Assembly: GCA_964016885.1 (NCBI GenBank)
Contig: OZ024741.1
Coordinates: forward strand, 286,812,001-286,876,000
Source of the DNA: Eledone cirrhosa
Lineage: Eukaryota
DNA length: 64,000 bases
Reading direction: 5' to 3'
The position numbers and the translations under genes are program-made. Shown piece by piece: positions 45,007 through 57,459 of the stretch (positions are counted from its first letter, which is position 1; every line of letters starts with the position of its first letter). The notes under the pieces are model-generated. The model saw only the letters and a list, made by a program, of their open reading frames with translations. It made no database searches and was not told the origin of the DNA.

Positions 45007-47711
45007 GCAATGTGTTATTTGATGTGCCCATCACCAAGATGGTGGCAATGTGTTATTTGATGTGCCTATCACCAAGATGGTGGCAATGTGTTATTTGATG
45101 TGCCCATCACCAAGATGGTGGCAATGTGTTATTTGATGTGCCCATCACCAAGATGGTGGCAATGTGTTATTTGATGTGCCCATCACCAAGATGGTGGCAA
45201 TGTGTTATTTGATGTGCCCATCACCAAGATGGTGGCAATGTGTTATTTGATGTGCCCATCACCAAGATGGTGGCAATGTGTTATTTGATGTGCCCATCAC
45301 CAAGATGGTGGCAATGTGTTATTTGATGTGCCCATCACCAAGATGGTGGCAATGTGTTATTTGATGTGCCCATCACCAAGATGGTGGCAATGTGTTATTT
45401 GATGTGCCCATCACCAAGATGGTGGCAATGTGTTATTTGATGTGCCCATCACCAAGATGGTGGCAATGTGTTATTTGATGTGCCCATCACCAAGATGGTG
45501 GCAATGTGTTATTTGATGTGCCCATCACCAAGATGGTGGCAATGTGTTATTTGATGTGCCCATCACCAAGATGGTGGCAATGTGTTATTTGATGTGCCCA
45601 TCACCAAGATGGTGGCAATGTGTTATTTGATGTGCCTATCACCAAGATGGTGGCAATGTGTTATTTGATGTGCCCATCACCAAGATGGTGGCAATGTGTT
45701 ATTTGATGTGCCCATCACCAAGATGGTGGCAATGTGTTATTTGATGTGCCCATCACCAAGATGGTGGCAATGTGTTATTTGATGTGCCCATCACCAAGAT
45801 GGTGGCAATGTGTTATTTGATGTGCCTATCACCAAGATGGTGGCAATGTGTTATTTGATGTGCCTATCACCAAGATGGTGGCAATGTGTTATTTGATGTG
45901 CCCATCACCAAGATGGTGGCAATGTGTTATTTGATGTGCCCATCACCAAGATGGTGGCAATGTGTTATTTGATGTGCCCATCACCAAGATGGTGGCAATG
46001 TGTTATTTGATGTGCCCATCACCAAGATGGTGGCAATGTGTTATTTGATGTGCCCATCACCAAGATGGTGGCAATGTGTTATTTGATGTGCCTATCACCA
46101 AGATGGTGGCAATGTGTTATTTGATGTGCCTATCACCAAGATGGTGGCAATGTGTTATTTGATGTGCCCATCACCAAGATGGTGGCAATGTGTTATTTGA
46201 TGTGCCCATCACCAAGATGGTGGCAATGTGTTATTTGATGTGCCCATCACCAAGATGGTGGCAATGTGTTATTTGATGTGCCCATCACCAAGATGGTGGC
46301 AATGTGTTATTTGATGTGCCCATCACCAAGATGGTGGCAATGTGTTATTTGATGTGCCTATCACCAAGATGGTGGCAATGTGTTATTTGATGTGCCTATC
46401 ACCAAGATGGTGGCAATGTGTTATTTGATGTGCCCATCACCAAGATGGTGGCAATGTGTTATTTGATGTGCCTATCACCAAGATGGTGGCAATGTGTTAT
46501 TTGATGTGCCTATCACCAAGATGGTGGCAATGTGTTATTTGATGTGCCTATCACCAAGATGGTGGCAATGTGTTATTTGATGTGCCCATCACCAAGATGG
46601 TGGCAATGTGTTATTTGATGTGCCCATCACCAAGATGGTGGCAATGTGTTATTTGATGTGCCCATCACCAAGATGGTGGCAATGTGTTATTTGATGTGCC
46701 CATCACCAAGATGGTGGCAATGTGTTATTTGATGTGCCCATCACCAAGATGGTGGCAATGTGTTATTTGATGTGCCTATCACCAAGATGGTGGCAATGTG
46801 TTATTTGATGTGCCTATCACCAAGATGGTGGCAATGTGTTATTTGATGTGCCCATCACCAAGATGGTGGCAATGTGTTATTTGATGTGCCCATCACCAAG
46901 ATGGTGGCAATGTGTTATTTGATGTGCCCATCACCAAGATGGTGGCAATGTGTTATTTGATGTGCCTATCACCAAGATGGTGGCAATGTGTTATTTGATG
47001 TGCCTATCACCAAGATGGTGGCAATGTGTTATTTGATGTGCCTATCACCAAGATGGTGGCAATGTGTTATTTGATGTGCCCATCACCAAGATGGTGGCAA
47101 TGTGTTATTTGATGTGCCCATCACCAAGATGGTGGCAATGTGTTATTTGATGTGCCCATCACCAAGATGGTGGCAATGTGTTATTTGATGTGCCCATCAC
47201 CAAGATGGTGGCAATGTGTTATTTGATGTGCCCATCACCAAGATGGTGGCAATGTGTTATTTGATGTGCCCATCACCAAGATGGTGGCAATGTGTTATTT
47301 GATGTGCCCATCACCAAGATGGTGGCAATGTGTTATTTGATGTGCCCATCACCAAGATGGTGGCAATGTGTTATTTGATGTGCCTATCACCAAGATGGTG
47401 GCAATGTGTTATTTGATGTGCCCATCACCAAGATGGTGGCAATGTGTTATTTGATGTGCCCATCACCAAGATGGTGGCAATGTGTTATTTGATGTGCCTA
47501 TCACCAAGATGGTGGCAAGGTGTTATTTGATGTGCCCATCACCAAGATGGTGGCAATGTGTTATTTGATGTGCCTATCACCAAGATGGTGGCAATGTGTT
47601 ATTTGATGTGCCCATCACCAAGATGGTGGCAATGTGTTATTTGATGTGCCCATCACCAAGATGGTGGCAATGTGTTATTTGATGTGCCCATCACCAAGAT
47701 GGCGGCAATGT
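45007..47711. repeat. Minisatellite, 71 x 38 bp (GCAATGTGTTATTTGATGTGCCYATCACCAAGATGGTG)
   Basis: 45007-47704 is 2698 bp, exactly 71 units, plus a 7-nt partial unit. Essentially one C/T variable site. No spacers. Confidence 0.98.
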
Positions 47712-47980
47712 ACATATGACTGGCCAGTTTGATTCTGAAGATATTCAGAACAAGAGACCAAGAAATCACATAGATACTCTAAATGGCATTTGTCCGTTGC
47801 TGTGTGGACAATTGCTCCCAGTTATGGCCAACACACAGTCTCAAATTAACTGCACGACATGATGCAAACTATGAAAGCTACACCAAGAACATTGCCCCAG
47901 GGAAAGAGATGAACTACTAAAAACACTCTACTCTCTGAAGTGAAGATGATTGAGATACGCAGTGATATCCACGTGGAAGA

Positions 47981-48295
47981 AGGCGGCCAATTGGCAGTCA
48001 TTAGAACGTCAGATAGAATGATTTGTGGTATTTGTTCCGGCCCTTTGTACTCTGAGTTTAAATCCCACCGAGCTCAACTTTGCCTTTCATCCTTTCGTGG
48101 TCTATAAAAAAAGTGTCAGTGTGATACTGGGGTAGATTCTTCCTCTGTGTCTATTTTTTACCATTTTTCTCTCACACTCTAATCTGCTGTATTCAGATCT
48201 GAGGAAGAGATGGGCTATAAAATGCCCTAGAAACGCCGTATGTCAATACAGTACTCCTACGACTCCCCCAGGAATTACGTGACTATGCATGCATA
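47981..48295 (+). mobile_element. SINE inserted into the LINE
   Basis: 11-bp TSD CACGTGGAAGA at 47970-47980 and 48296-48306. Confidence 0.88.
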
Positions 48296-49165
48296 CACGT
48301 GGAAGATCCTGAAAGGACTAACACTAGCACTGATATCTGAGCCACACTCCACATATAGAGTAAGAACTAGATACTTGCAATAGCCTGGGGTTCAATTGTC
48401 TCCAGCTCTTTAATATGCTGTCCAACAAACTTGACGGATCTACATGGCGGAGATATAGATGCGTTCAAGAAGCATCTCGACATTCTACTGTATAAGGTCC
48501 CAGATGAGCCTACAGCAAGCCAAGAAGCACTAATAATGGCAGCAATTTCAAACTCCCTCTTACATCAATGGTCAACCATTGAAGGTTGGCTGTAGAAAAT
48601 GTAGCAATAATGATGATGCCCCAGCATGACCTTAGTCCGTCAGCTGAAACAGGTAAAACACAAAAGAAATATAAAAGATATGTGTATGCTTGTTCATTTC
48701 ATTGCTTTTTTATAGCTTTCATTGCTTTTGTTGTTGATGTTGTTGTTGATGATGATGACGACGAAGACGGCGACGATGATGATGATGATGATGATGATAT
48801 AAGTGGGAGACAGTGTGTGTATGTGTGTAAGTGAGAGTGTTGGAGAGAAAGAAAGAGATTCATAGAAAATTGCTGTCTACTTATAGAGTAAATAAATGGG
48901 ATGGGGAAAGTGGAGGTGAGATGGAGAGTGAGAGGTGGGTAGTGAACGGTGGATGGTGGGGCGTGGTGTGTGAAGGCAAGGTAAGTATCGGGGAGTGACT
49001 GGTAGGAATGATGGGTGGGATGGATGATGAAGGGTGGGGAAATACCATTTCTAATAAAGTTGCATACAGAGAGCAAACAAAAAAACCTAACGTATATATG
49101 CATATACACTTACACACACACACACATACGAGCGCGAACACACATATATGTGTGCGTGTGAGTGT

Positions 49166-49213
<48 letters not shown>

Positions 49214-49252
49214 ATGTATATATATGTATATATATGTAAGTATATATATATG

Positions 49253-49333
<81 letters not shown>

Positions 49334-49658
49334 TTAGTCCTTCATCAGTGATCTTCCAGCCTTCATTGGTATTTCATCGCTTTAAAGACCATATACCTCT
49401 GGTTGGTGCGAGCAACGGCTAAAGAAAGTCGTTGGGACACGTAAATAGGGGGAACGAGCGAGACAGTAAACAAACAAAGATGGTAATGTATATATATATA
49501 TATGAAAAAGTGAGTCCTTCATCAGTGACCCTCCAACCGTCCTAGGCATTTCATCGCTTTAAGGGCCATATGCCTCAGGTTGGTGCGAACAACGGCTAAA
49601 AAAAGTCGTTGGGACACGTAAACAAAGGGGACGCCAGGGTAACAACAAAAAAGTTTAA

Positions 49659-49717
<59 letters not shown>

Positions 49718-49746
49718 GTATAATATATATAATATAGATATATGTA

Positions 49747-49820
<74 letters not shown>

Positions 49821-49857
49821 TATACATACATATATCTATATTATATATATTATACAC

Positions 49858-49914
<57 letters not shown>

Positions 49915-50297
49915 CCGTTTGGCCTGTAGTGGGGTCTTTACTTGCTCACACCTCACTTGCGTTGCACGGTCTGTAGTCTCTCGCCCATGAAATCCACACA
50001 GCTTCAGCTGATCGGACTCCCATGTGCTTGTTTTTTCCTATCTTTGCGTTGCTTTCCTTCTATATTTGTTTACTTGTCTCGCTCGCTTTACGCGATTTAC
50101 TTGTCCCAATAACTTTATTTAGCTATTGCTCGCACCAACTGGAGGTATATGATTTTTAAAGCGATGAAATACCAATGAAGGTTGGAAGATCACTGATGAA
50201 GGACTATTTTTACCATATGTAACCCATGTGCAACCACGCACTATTCTTTCTTCTCATGTTTTATATATATATACATACATATATCTATATTATACAC

Positions 50298-50384
<87 letters not shown>

Positions 50385-50385
<1 letters not shown>

Positions 50386-52238
50386 GTGGATTGGCAGTAT
50401 CGGTAGAGGGTCGGACGCCATGCTTTGCAGCATAGAGTTACGGCTCTTTATGATCTGAGCTCAATCTGAGCTGGGGTCGATAAAATAAAGTACCAGTAAC
50501 GCACTGGGGTCGATTTAATCGACTTTCCCCTCCCCCCCAAATTACTGGCCTTGTGCCGAAATAAGAAACCATTATTATTATTATTGGCGGTGGATTGGCA
50601 GTATCAGTAGAGGGTCGGACGCCATGCTTTGACGCATAGAGTTACGGCCCTTGCCATTCTGAGTTCAAATTCCGCCGAGGTTAACTTTGCCTTTCATCCT
50701 TATGGGGTCGATAAAATAAAGTACCAGTAATACACTGGTTATTACTGGCCTTGTACCAAACGTAGAAACAATTATTATTATTGCTATTAGACAGGTAGGT
50801 TGGTAGACAGTTGATTGGCAGAATCATTAGTGCATAGGCACCCGGCCACAGCCTGGTAGTATGGGTGTTGGATTTACGATCATAATGTCGTGGGTTCGAT
50901 TCCTATTCCTCAACTGGCTTGTGTGTTTGTAATCTTGAGCAAAGCACTTCATTTCGCGTTGCGCGCTCTGTCCAGGGGGAAGTACTCTCCGTCGCTTAAC
51001 GCTATGTAAACCGAGAAAGGCATCAGCCCGATGAGCCTCCGGGATCGAGACATTTTATACTTTTTAGATCGTCCAAAATACTTTATTACATTTACTTACA
51101 GCCTTTTACGTTCTGTGTTCAAATCCCTCTGAGGTCAACTTTGTCGTTCAACTTCTCGGGTTCGATAAAATAAAGTATCTGGGTCGATTTAATTGACTTA
51201 GGCGTGTGGCTGAGTGGTTAGAGAATTAGATTCACAATCTTGATTTCGTGAGTTCTATTCCTGGACCAGGCGATGCGTTATGTCCTTGAGCAAGACACTT
51301 TATTTCACGTTGCTCCTTCTACCTGGAGTTGCGACCGATAGATAGTACTAGCAACTGGAAAGACCAACGGAAACATTGCTTCCTCGGTCCGATTTGACGA
51401 AAGTCGATCAATCCTTCTCCTCTTCCTTTCAAATTGCTGGCCTTGTGCCAAAAGTAGAAACAATGATTATAATTATTGTTCTGGTTCTTTATGTTCTGAG
51501 TTCAAATTCTACCGAGGTCAACTTTGCCCTTCACCTTGTCGAGGTTGATAAAATAAAGTATCAATAAAGTACAGGGATCGATATAATCGATTTTCACTCC
51601 CACACAAATCGTTGGACGTGCCTAAATCAGAAACCAGCTTTACGGCACAGAGTTACATCCCTTTACTTTCTGAGTTCAAATTCCGCCGAGGTTAACTTTG
51701 CCTTTCATCCTTACGGGGTCGATAAAATAAAGTACCAGTAATGTACTGGGTATTTGCTGGCCTTGTGCCAAAAGTAGAAACAATTATCATTAAAGGGTGG
51801 TGGATTGGCAGAAATCGGTAGAGCGTCGTACGCCATTCTTTGCAGCATAGAGTTACGGTCCTTTACGGTCTGAGTTCAAATCCCACCGAGGTTAACTTTG
51901 CCTTTCATCCTTACAGGGTCGATAAAATAAAGCACCAGTAGCTTACTGGGGTCAATTTAATCGACTTTCCCCTCCTTCCAAATTACTGGCCTTGTGCCTA
52001 TAGTAGAAATCATTATTAAGGGCTGTGGATTGGCAGTATCGGTAGAGCGTCGGACAACATACTATGTAGCATATAATTATGGTTCTTTACTTTCTGAGTT
52101 CAAATCCCGCTGACGTTAGCTTTACCTTTCATTGTTACAGAGTCGATAAAATAAAGTACCAGTAACGTACTGAGGTCGGTTTAAATGACTTTCCCCTCAC
52201 CCCAAAATGTGTTGGCCTTGTGCTTAAGTCAGAAACCA
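50385..52238 (+). mobile_element. Head-to-tail cluster of about 10 SINE copies or fragments
   Basis: Repeated Meta-like SINE units separated by (ATT)n, plus two CORE-like units containing CTTGAGCAA(G/A)..CACTT. All in the same orientation. Confidence 0.88.
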
Positions 52239-52239
52239 T

Positions 52240-52708
52240 GTAGGTAGATAGGTAGGTAGGTAGGTAGGTAGGTAGGTAGGTAGATAGGTAGGTAGGTAGA
52301 TAGGTTGGTAGGTAGGTAGGTTGGTAGGTAGGTTGGTAGGTAGGTAGGTAGATAGGTTGGTAGGTAGATAGGTAGGTAGGTAGATAGGTAGGTAGGTTGG
52401 TAGGTAGGTAGGTAGGTAGGTAGGTAGATAGATAGGTAGGTAGGTAGATAGGTAGGTAGGTTGGTAGGTAGGTAGGTAGATAGGTAGGTAGATAGGTAGG
52501 TAGGTTGGTAGGTAGGTAGGTAGATAGATAGGTAGATAGGTAGGTAGATAGATAGGTAGATAGGTAGGTAGGTAGATAGGTAGGTAGGTTGGTAGGTAGG
52601 TAGATACGTAGGTAGGTAGATAGGTAGATAGGTAGGTAGGTAGATAGGTAGATAGGTAGGTAGGTAGGTAGGTAGATAGGTAGGTAGGTAGGTAGGTAGG
52701 TAGGTAGA
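52240..52708. repeat. (TAGG)n/(TAGA)n/(TTGG)n microsatellite; partner array at 56823-57037
   Basis: Read directly from the sequence. Confidence 0.97.
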
Positions 52709-55700
52709 TATGTTTCTTTTATTTGCCACTAGGGCATCAAAAGTGGGACAAGTACAATGGGGGGAGTTTACAAAACAAGGCGTCCTCAATAAGGAGGAGG
52801 CAATAACAATATATAAAAATAAAATAAAATATAACAAAAAATAAAATTTATAACAAAGTCCTCAATAGAGAGGAGGCGCCTTGGGGGGTCGCACAGACCC
52901 CCGAAAAAAGTGTGCAACCCTTCTCCTCAGGAGCACAGAGAAGGGGTGCTCCCTTGGTCTTTCATCTTCCTCACCTATAGTCTGATGTAGAGTGAAGGCC
53001 CATTCACACGGGCCATTCTCGCCACTTTCACCCATCTTTCATAGAAACGGCTGGGGTGCAGCACCTCTCTCTCCATCCTGATCCTTCTTCCGAAATGATA
53101 TCGGAAGAAACGGACCAGTTGTTGGCCAGAGAGAAAGGTGTCTGACCTCAGTCCTTTCAGACGCGTCCACCATACAACCTCTTTCGCCATGGCTATTACG
53201 CACAGAAACACCGCCTCTCCTTCGTTTGTGAAGAGGGGAGGCGGCTTGATCGTTACAATAGACTCGGTGGTCAACCGGATCGGTCCCACCCTTGACTGCA
53301 GTTGTTCGACATAGCCCCACAGATCGGCAATGCCCGAGCAGTGTACCAATGCGTGTGCAACGGTTTCCTCGTCGCACACGCATCTGGGACAGACCTTTTT
53401 CGATGGGTCCCTACCCGGGCGCCCGTGTCTGTAGAGCCTTTCTCGAACGGGCAGAGCCCTTCTGTAGCATTGCCAAGCCAGGGACCTCTGGAAGTTATCC
53501 ATGGGTCCCGGGCTGAATGTCCTACCGAACAGGTTGGCCAGTTCGTCTTCCTCCATGCCTAGGGCTTCTCCGAGGGCGTCGTCGCACCTGCTAACCACCA
53601 GCCCTCTATAGAATGACGAGGTGGATTCTCCACTGACAGCCGGGTCCGCCTGCCAGAGAGCCGTGAGCGCCTGGGCACACTCGGTGTGCCAGGCGCCCAG
53701 TTTTCTCGGTCTTTGCTTGACCCAGGATTGCAGCTCGGTGAGTGAGACGAGTCTGGGAAAGGCTCGCCTCACAAACGGGGCCCACACCGGTTGACTGGAG
53801 AGGAATACCTGAAGGTGCCGTAGCCTTAATGCGTGTTTACGTATCATCAGCCACGGCATCCCCAGCCCTCCTTTCGAAGGGTGTTGACAGCAGATGGATC
53901 TCCTCACCATAGGAGCCCGCTTCTTCGAAAGGAATTGGAAGAGTGCGCGCTCCATTTTGGCGAGCGTTTCCCTTGGGCAAGGCACCACGGTCAGGCGGTA
54001 GTAGATGACGGACGCTATATAAGTGTTCGCCACCTCCGCCCGACCTTTCAGGGACAGTTTGCACTCGGCCCACTTCTGGGTCAGTGCAAACACCCTGCTC
54101 GTCACCTCACCCCAGTTCTTCTCCACCTGGAGGTCTGGTCCGAACCAGACCCCGAGCAATTTCACCGGGCCCTCCGTCCAGCGCCCGACGACGCCATCGG
54201 AGGGCATCGATCTGCCCCTCCACGTGCCGAGTTGCAGACCGATCGACTTGTCCCGGTTCAGCTTAGCCCCTGTAAACCTTTCGTACTCCTCCAGTAAGGT
54301 GCCGATCGCCCCGATTTTCGAGGCCGTCGACACCATTACTGTTACGTCATCGGCGTAGGCTGACACCGCTTTCCGCAATCCCGGTTCCAACGGGATGCCC
54401 TGCAACAACTCCAACTTCCGCAGCAGTGGCTCTAGAGTCACTACATACAGAAGGGAGGAGAGAGGGCACCCCTGTCGGATGGACCGCGCGATTTCGAACG
54501 GCTCCGAGAGGTAGCCGTTCACCTTGACCCTAGAGCAGATGCGGCTGCTGTGCATGGCATTGATCCAGCCCCTGAAAACGGGTCCGAAGCCTGCCGCCTC
54601 TAGCACCGCATCCAGGTAACCATGGTCGACACTATCAAATGCCTTAGATTGATCCAAGTTGATCAGGGCCCCACCAAAGCCGGGTTCGTTCCCAACCCTC
54701 TCTATGATGTATCGCATGAGGTGGAGGTTATCGTGGATGGACCTGGACGGGATAGCACATGTCTGCGCATCTCCCACCAGGTTGCCCACGACAAGCGCCA
54801 ACCTCTTTGCTAGCACCTTGGCCAAAATCTGTAACTCTGTATTTAGCAGAGTTATGGGCCTGAAATTATTTATATCGTCCCCCTTGTTCTCGTCCTTCCT
54901 CACTAGCGTGACTACGCCCTTGGTCACAGCACAGGGAATTCTCCCGTTCTGTTGCCAGTTGTAGTAGACCGCCTCGAGGAGTTCGGGGAACAAGTCCGGC
55001 ATAGCTAGATATAGTTCGTATGGAAGACCATCGAGACCCGGGGATTTGCGTTTGCCGCATTGGCTCAGCACGTCCTCTATCTCAGCGGCTGAAATCGGCT
55101 CCTCGCAGGACTTCGCCTCCCTGTCCGAGAGACGCGGCAGGCCGTCGAGGTATGGACCGAAGTCCACGTCCCCAACCGGCCCCCCGCCCCTTCCGAACAA
55201 TCCGGCAAAGTGCTTTTGAAAAGCCTCGCACATCTGCTTAGGTTCAAGGATCACCCGTCCATCCTGGTCTCGCAAAGACCGGATAGTGGATCTGCTCCCT
55301 CTTTTGGCTTCTGTCACGCGGGCCCAGCTAACAGCTTTGGTCCCCTCGTTTCCCAGAGCACGTATTTTGCTTCGGACGATGCAGCCTTCGTGTTTCGCGT
55401 CGAAGAACTGGCCCAGGGCCGTTCTCTACGCTAGCACTCTGGCCACGTCGCCGCTTCTAATTGCCTCTTCTACACTATCTACCAACTCCCTTTCCTTCCT
55501 ATTTCTATTTGAGGCTAACTCCTTACTAAATTCTATAGAGACTACTCTAATCTCTCTTTTGAGAGTTCCCCACCACCTGCTGTTGATGATGGCGCCCGTC
55601 AACCGCTCCTTAACTAAAGTGCTAATCCGGTTCCTGTAAGCCGGTAAGGACAAGTTGAGCTTCCAGTAACCGGGTCCCTGTCTATGAGTTCTGTCAAGGT

Positions 55701-56822
55701 TGACCATGCAGGTCACTAATTTGTGGTCTGAATAGCCAACCATGCGCATTTTTGGACAACTTAAAAAGTCCTTATCCTTATTTCTAAGAACCTATCTAGG
55801 TACGACCTAGATGATCCGCTACGATTTGCCCAATTCCAGGTTGGCGCAGTCGGAAAATTTAGTCGATATCTATCGGCCAGGTCAAATCGACCGATTAACC
55901 CTTTGAGGCTATTACACCCCTCTCTATCGGGGCAGGCCCCTACGTAGTCCCAGCGTGCATCTAGGATACCATTCCAGTCCCCCACTAATAGCAAGGAGCG
56001 GGACGTCCCTAGAAAAGTCTCCAGACGATGGAAGAAGTCCGGCCGTATTGACCCGAAAGGGCCGTAGGCGGCTACCAACCTAAACGCTCCGCCTTTACCA
56101 CTGCCAAGGTCCAGAACCACTAGTCGACCCTCCGGGTCCAAATGTACCATCTGTGTTGCGAGACCCAGATGTTTTTGCAGCAGAACGACAACTTCACCCC
56201 CACCTCCGGGCTGACAGAGAGATGCGTGCATCTCAAAGTCATCAAAAGTGGGGGCCAGCTGTCGCACGTTGCTGATCCGGGCCTCGCAAATAACCATCAC
56301 ATCTATACGTTGTGACCTGAGGTCATTTAGAAGCATTGCCTGCTTCCAAGTTGAGCCCAGGCCACGCGCATTTAAACAGCCTACTCTTAGCATAGCCATG
56401 TTGGTGGTGAAGAGAAAAGGCACTTACCTCTCTGCGTCCCGGGTATCGGGCTGCACAATTTCCATTAGGGTGGGGGATGGGTTGTTGGGTGGGGTGGTGG
56501 TTTGTGGAAGTGTAGGGGCATCAGTGTGTTGTGTGGTTGGGGAGCTTGGAGTTGTGTGGGTGTTTGGTGAGGGGGTGGGGTATTTTTTTAGGAGGACGCG
56601 GTTAATGGGCCCGACGCAGGGGGGACCCACGTCCTCTTTAAAATTGTTTTTTAAAGTTTTATAGGTGTCCTGTGGGGCCTTAATCATTTTGAGGTGGGGG
56701 AAATCCCCTGCCTGGGTGAAGTTAGGCCCTTGTGTTTTTATTAGATTGTTGTTGTACACAATGTTTAACAGTTTTTTGTTTCTTGTGTTTATGTATGTGT
56801 ATGCATGTTTTTGTTTTTGTGT
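52709..56822 (-). mobile_element. Tx1/L1-clade LINE, 5'-truncated in ORF1
   Basis: End of a putative ORF1 (stop at 56424), ORF2, and a 3' UTR with AATAAA. GC-rich island flanked by TAGG arrays. Confidence 0.92.
52975..56399 (-). pseudogene. ORF2: APE endonuclease, RT and zf-RVT, with two frameshifts (about 55785 and 55430)
   Basis: LNARGL, GDWN, LDR, SDH, GPGYWKLN, KSPGLDG, FRPITLLN, DQSKAFD, RQGCPLS, YADD, CPRC..ETVAHALVHC. Confidence 0.93.
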
Positions 56823-57459
56823 GGTAGGTAGATAGGTAGGTAGGTAGGTAGGTAGGTGGGTAGGTGGGTAGGTAGGTAGGTAGGTAGGTGGTTAGGTAGG
56901 TAGGTAGGTAGGTAGGTAGGTGGGTAGGTATGTAGGTAGATAGGTAGGTGGGTAGGTAGGTAGGTAGGTAGGTAGGTAGGTGGGTAGGTAGGTAGGTAGG
57001 TAGGTAGGTAGGTAGGTAGGTGGGTAGGTATGTAGGTACACCACCGTTACGCAGGCATGGGTATAATTAGCTTCTCTCCATCAATAAATTGTTTGGCTAT
57101 AGGGCCTTTATCTAGTTGGAGGGCTGGTGTGGGGTATCTGTGTAAAGGTGGTGTTTACTAATGAATGATTCTACTGCCCTCATCATACCTGACAATGAAG
57201 GAGATGGTAATGTTGAAGATGATGTTGAATGTTGGCAGCTGTGGTAAGATGATGATGATGATGATGATGCAAGTGTGATGATGAAGGCTATGATGTTGAT
57301 GATGATGATTATGATGATGGTGATGATGCAGGTGGTGAGGATGAAGGCTATGATGTTGATGATGGTGCAGGTGGTGATTATGAAAGCTACGATGTTGATG
57401 ATGATGATTATGATGATGATGATGATGATGGTGTAAGTGGTGATGATGAAGGCTATAAT

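Larger units (their letters stand above)
44975..48670 (+). mobile_element. Degenerate CR1/L2-group LINE 3' part interrupted by a minisatellite and a SINE
   Basis: DLGIGMRSNVLFD..[array]..LILKIFRTRDQE..DNCSQLW..RYAVISTWK[SINE]WKIL..QLFNML..AFKKHLDILLYKVPDEP. Confidence 0.8.

Noticed and set aside
45007-47711. CRISPR array
   Set aside because: Units are contiguous with no unique spacers, there are no cas genes, the context is eukaryotic, and the unit derives from LINE sequence.
52229-52837. 202-aa PTYL-repeat ORF
   Set aside because: It is a translation of the (CCTA)n microsatellite.
53039-55639. Multiple overlapping or antisense ORFs in the Tx1 element
   Set aside because: They are by-products of GC-rich coding sequence and have no recognisable motifs.
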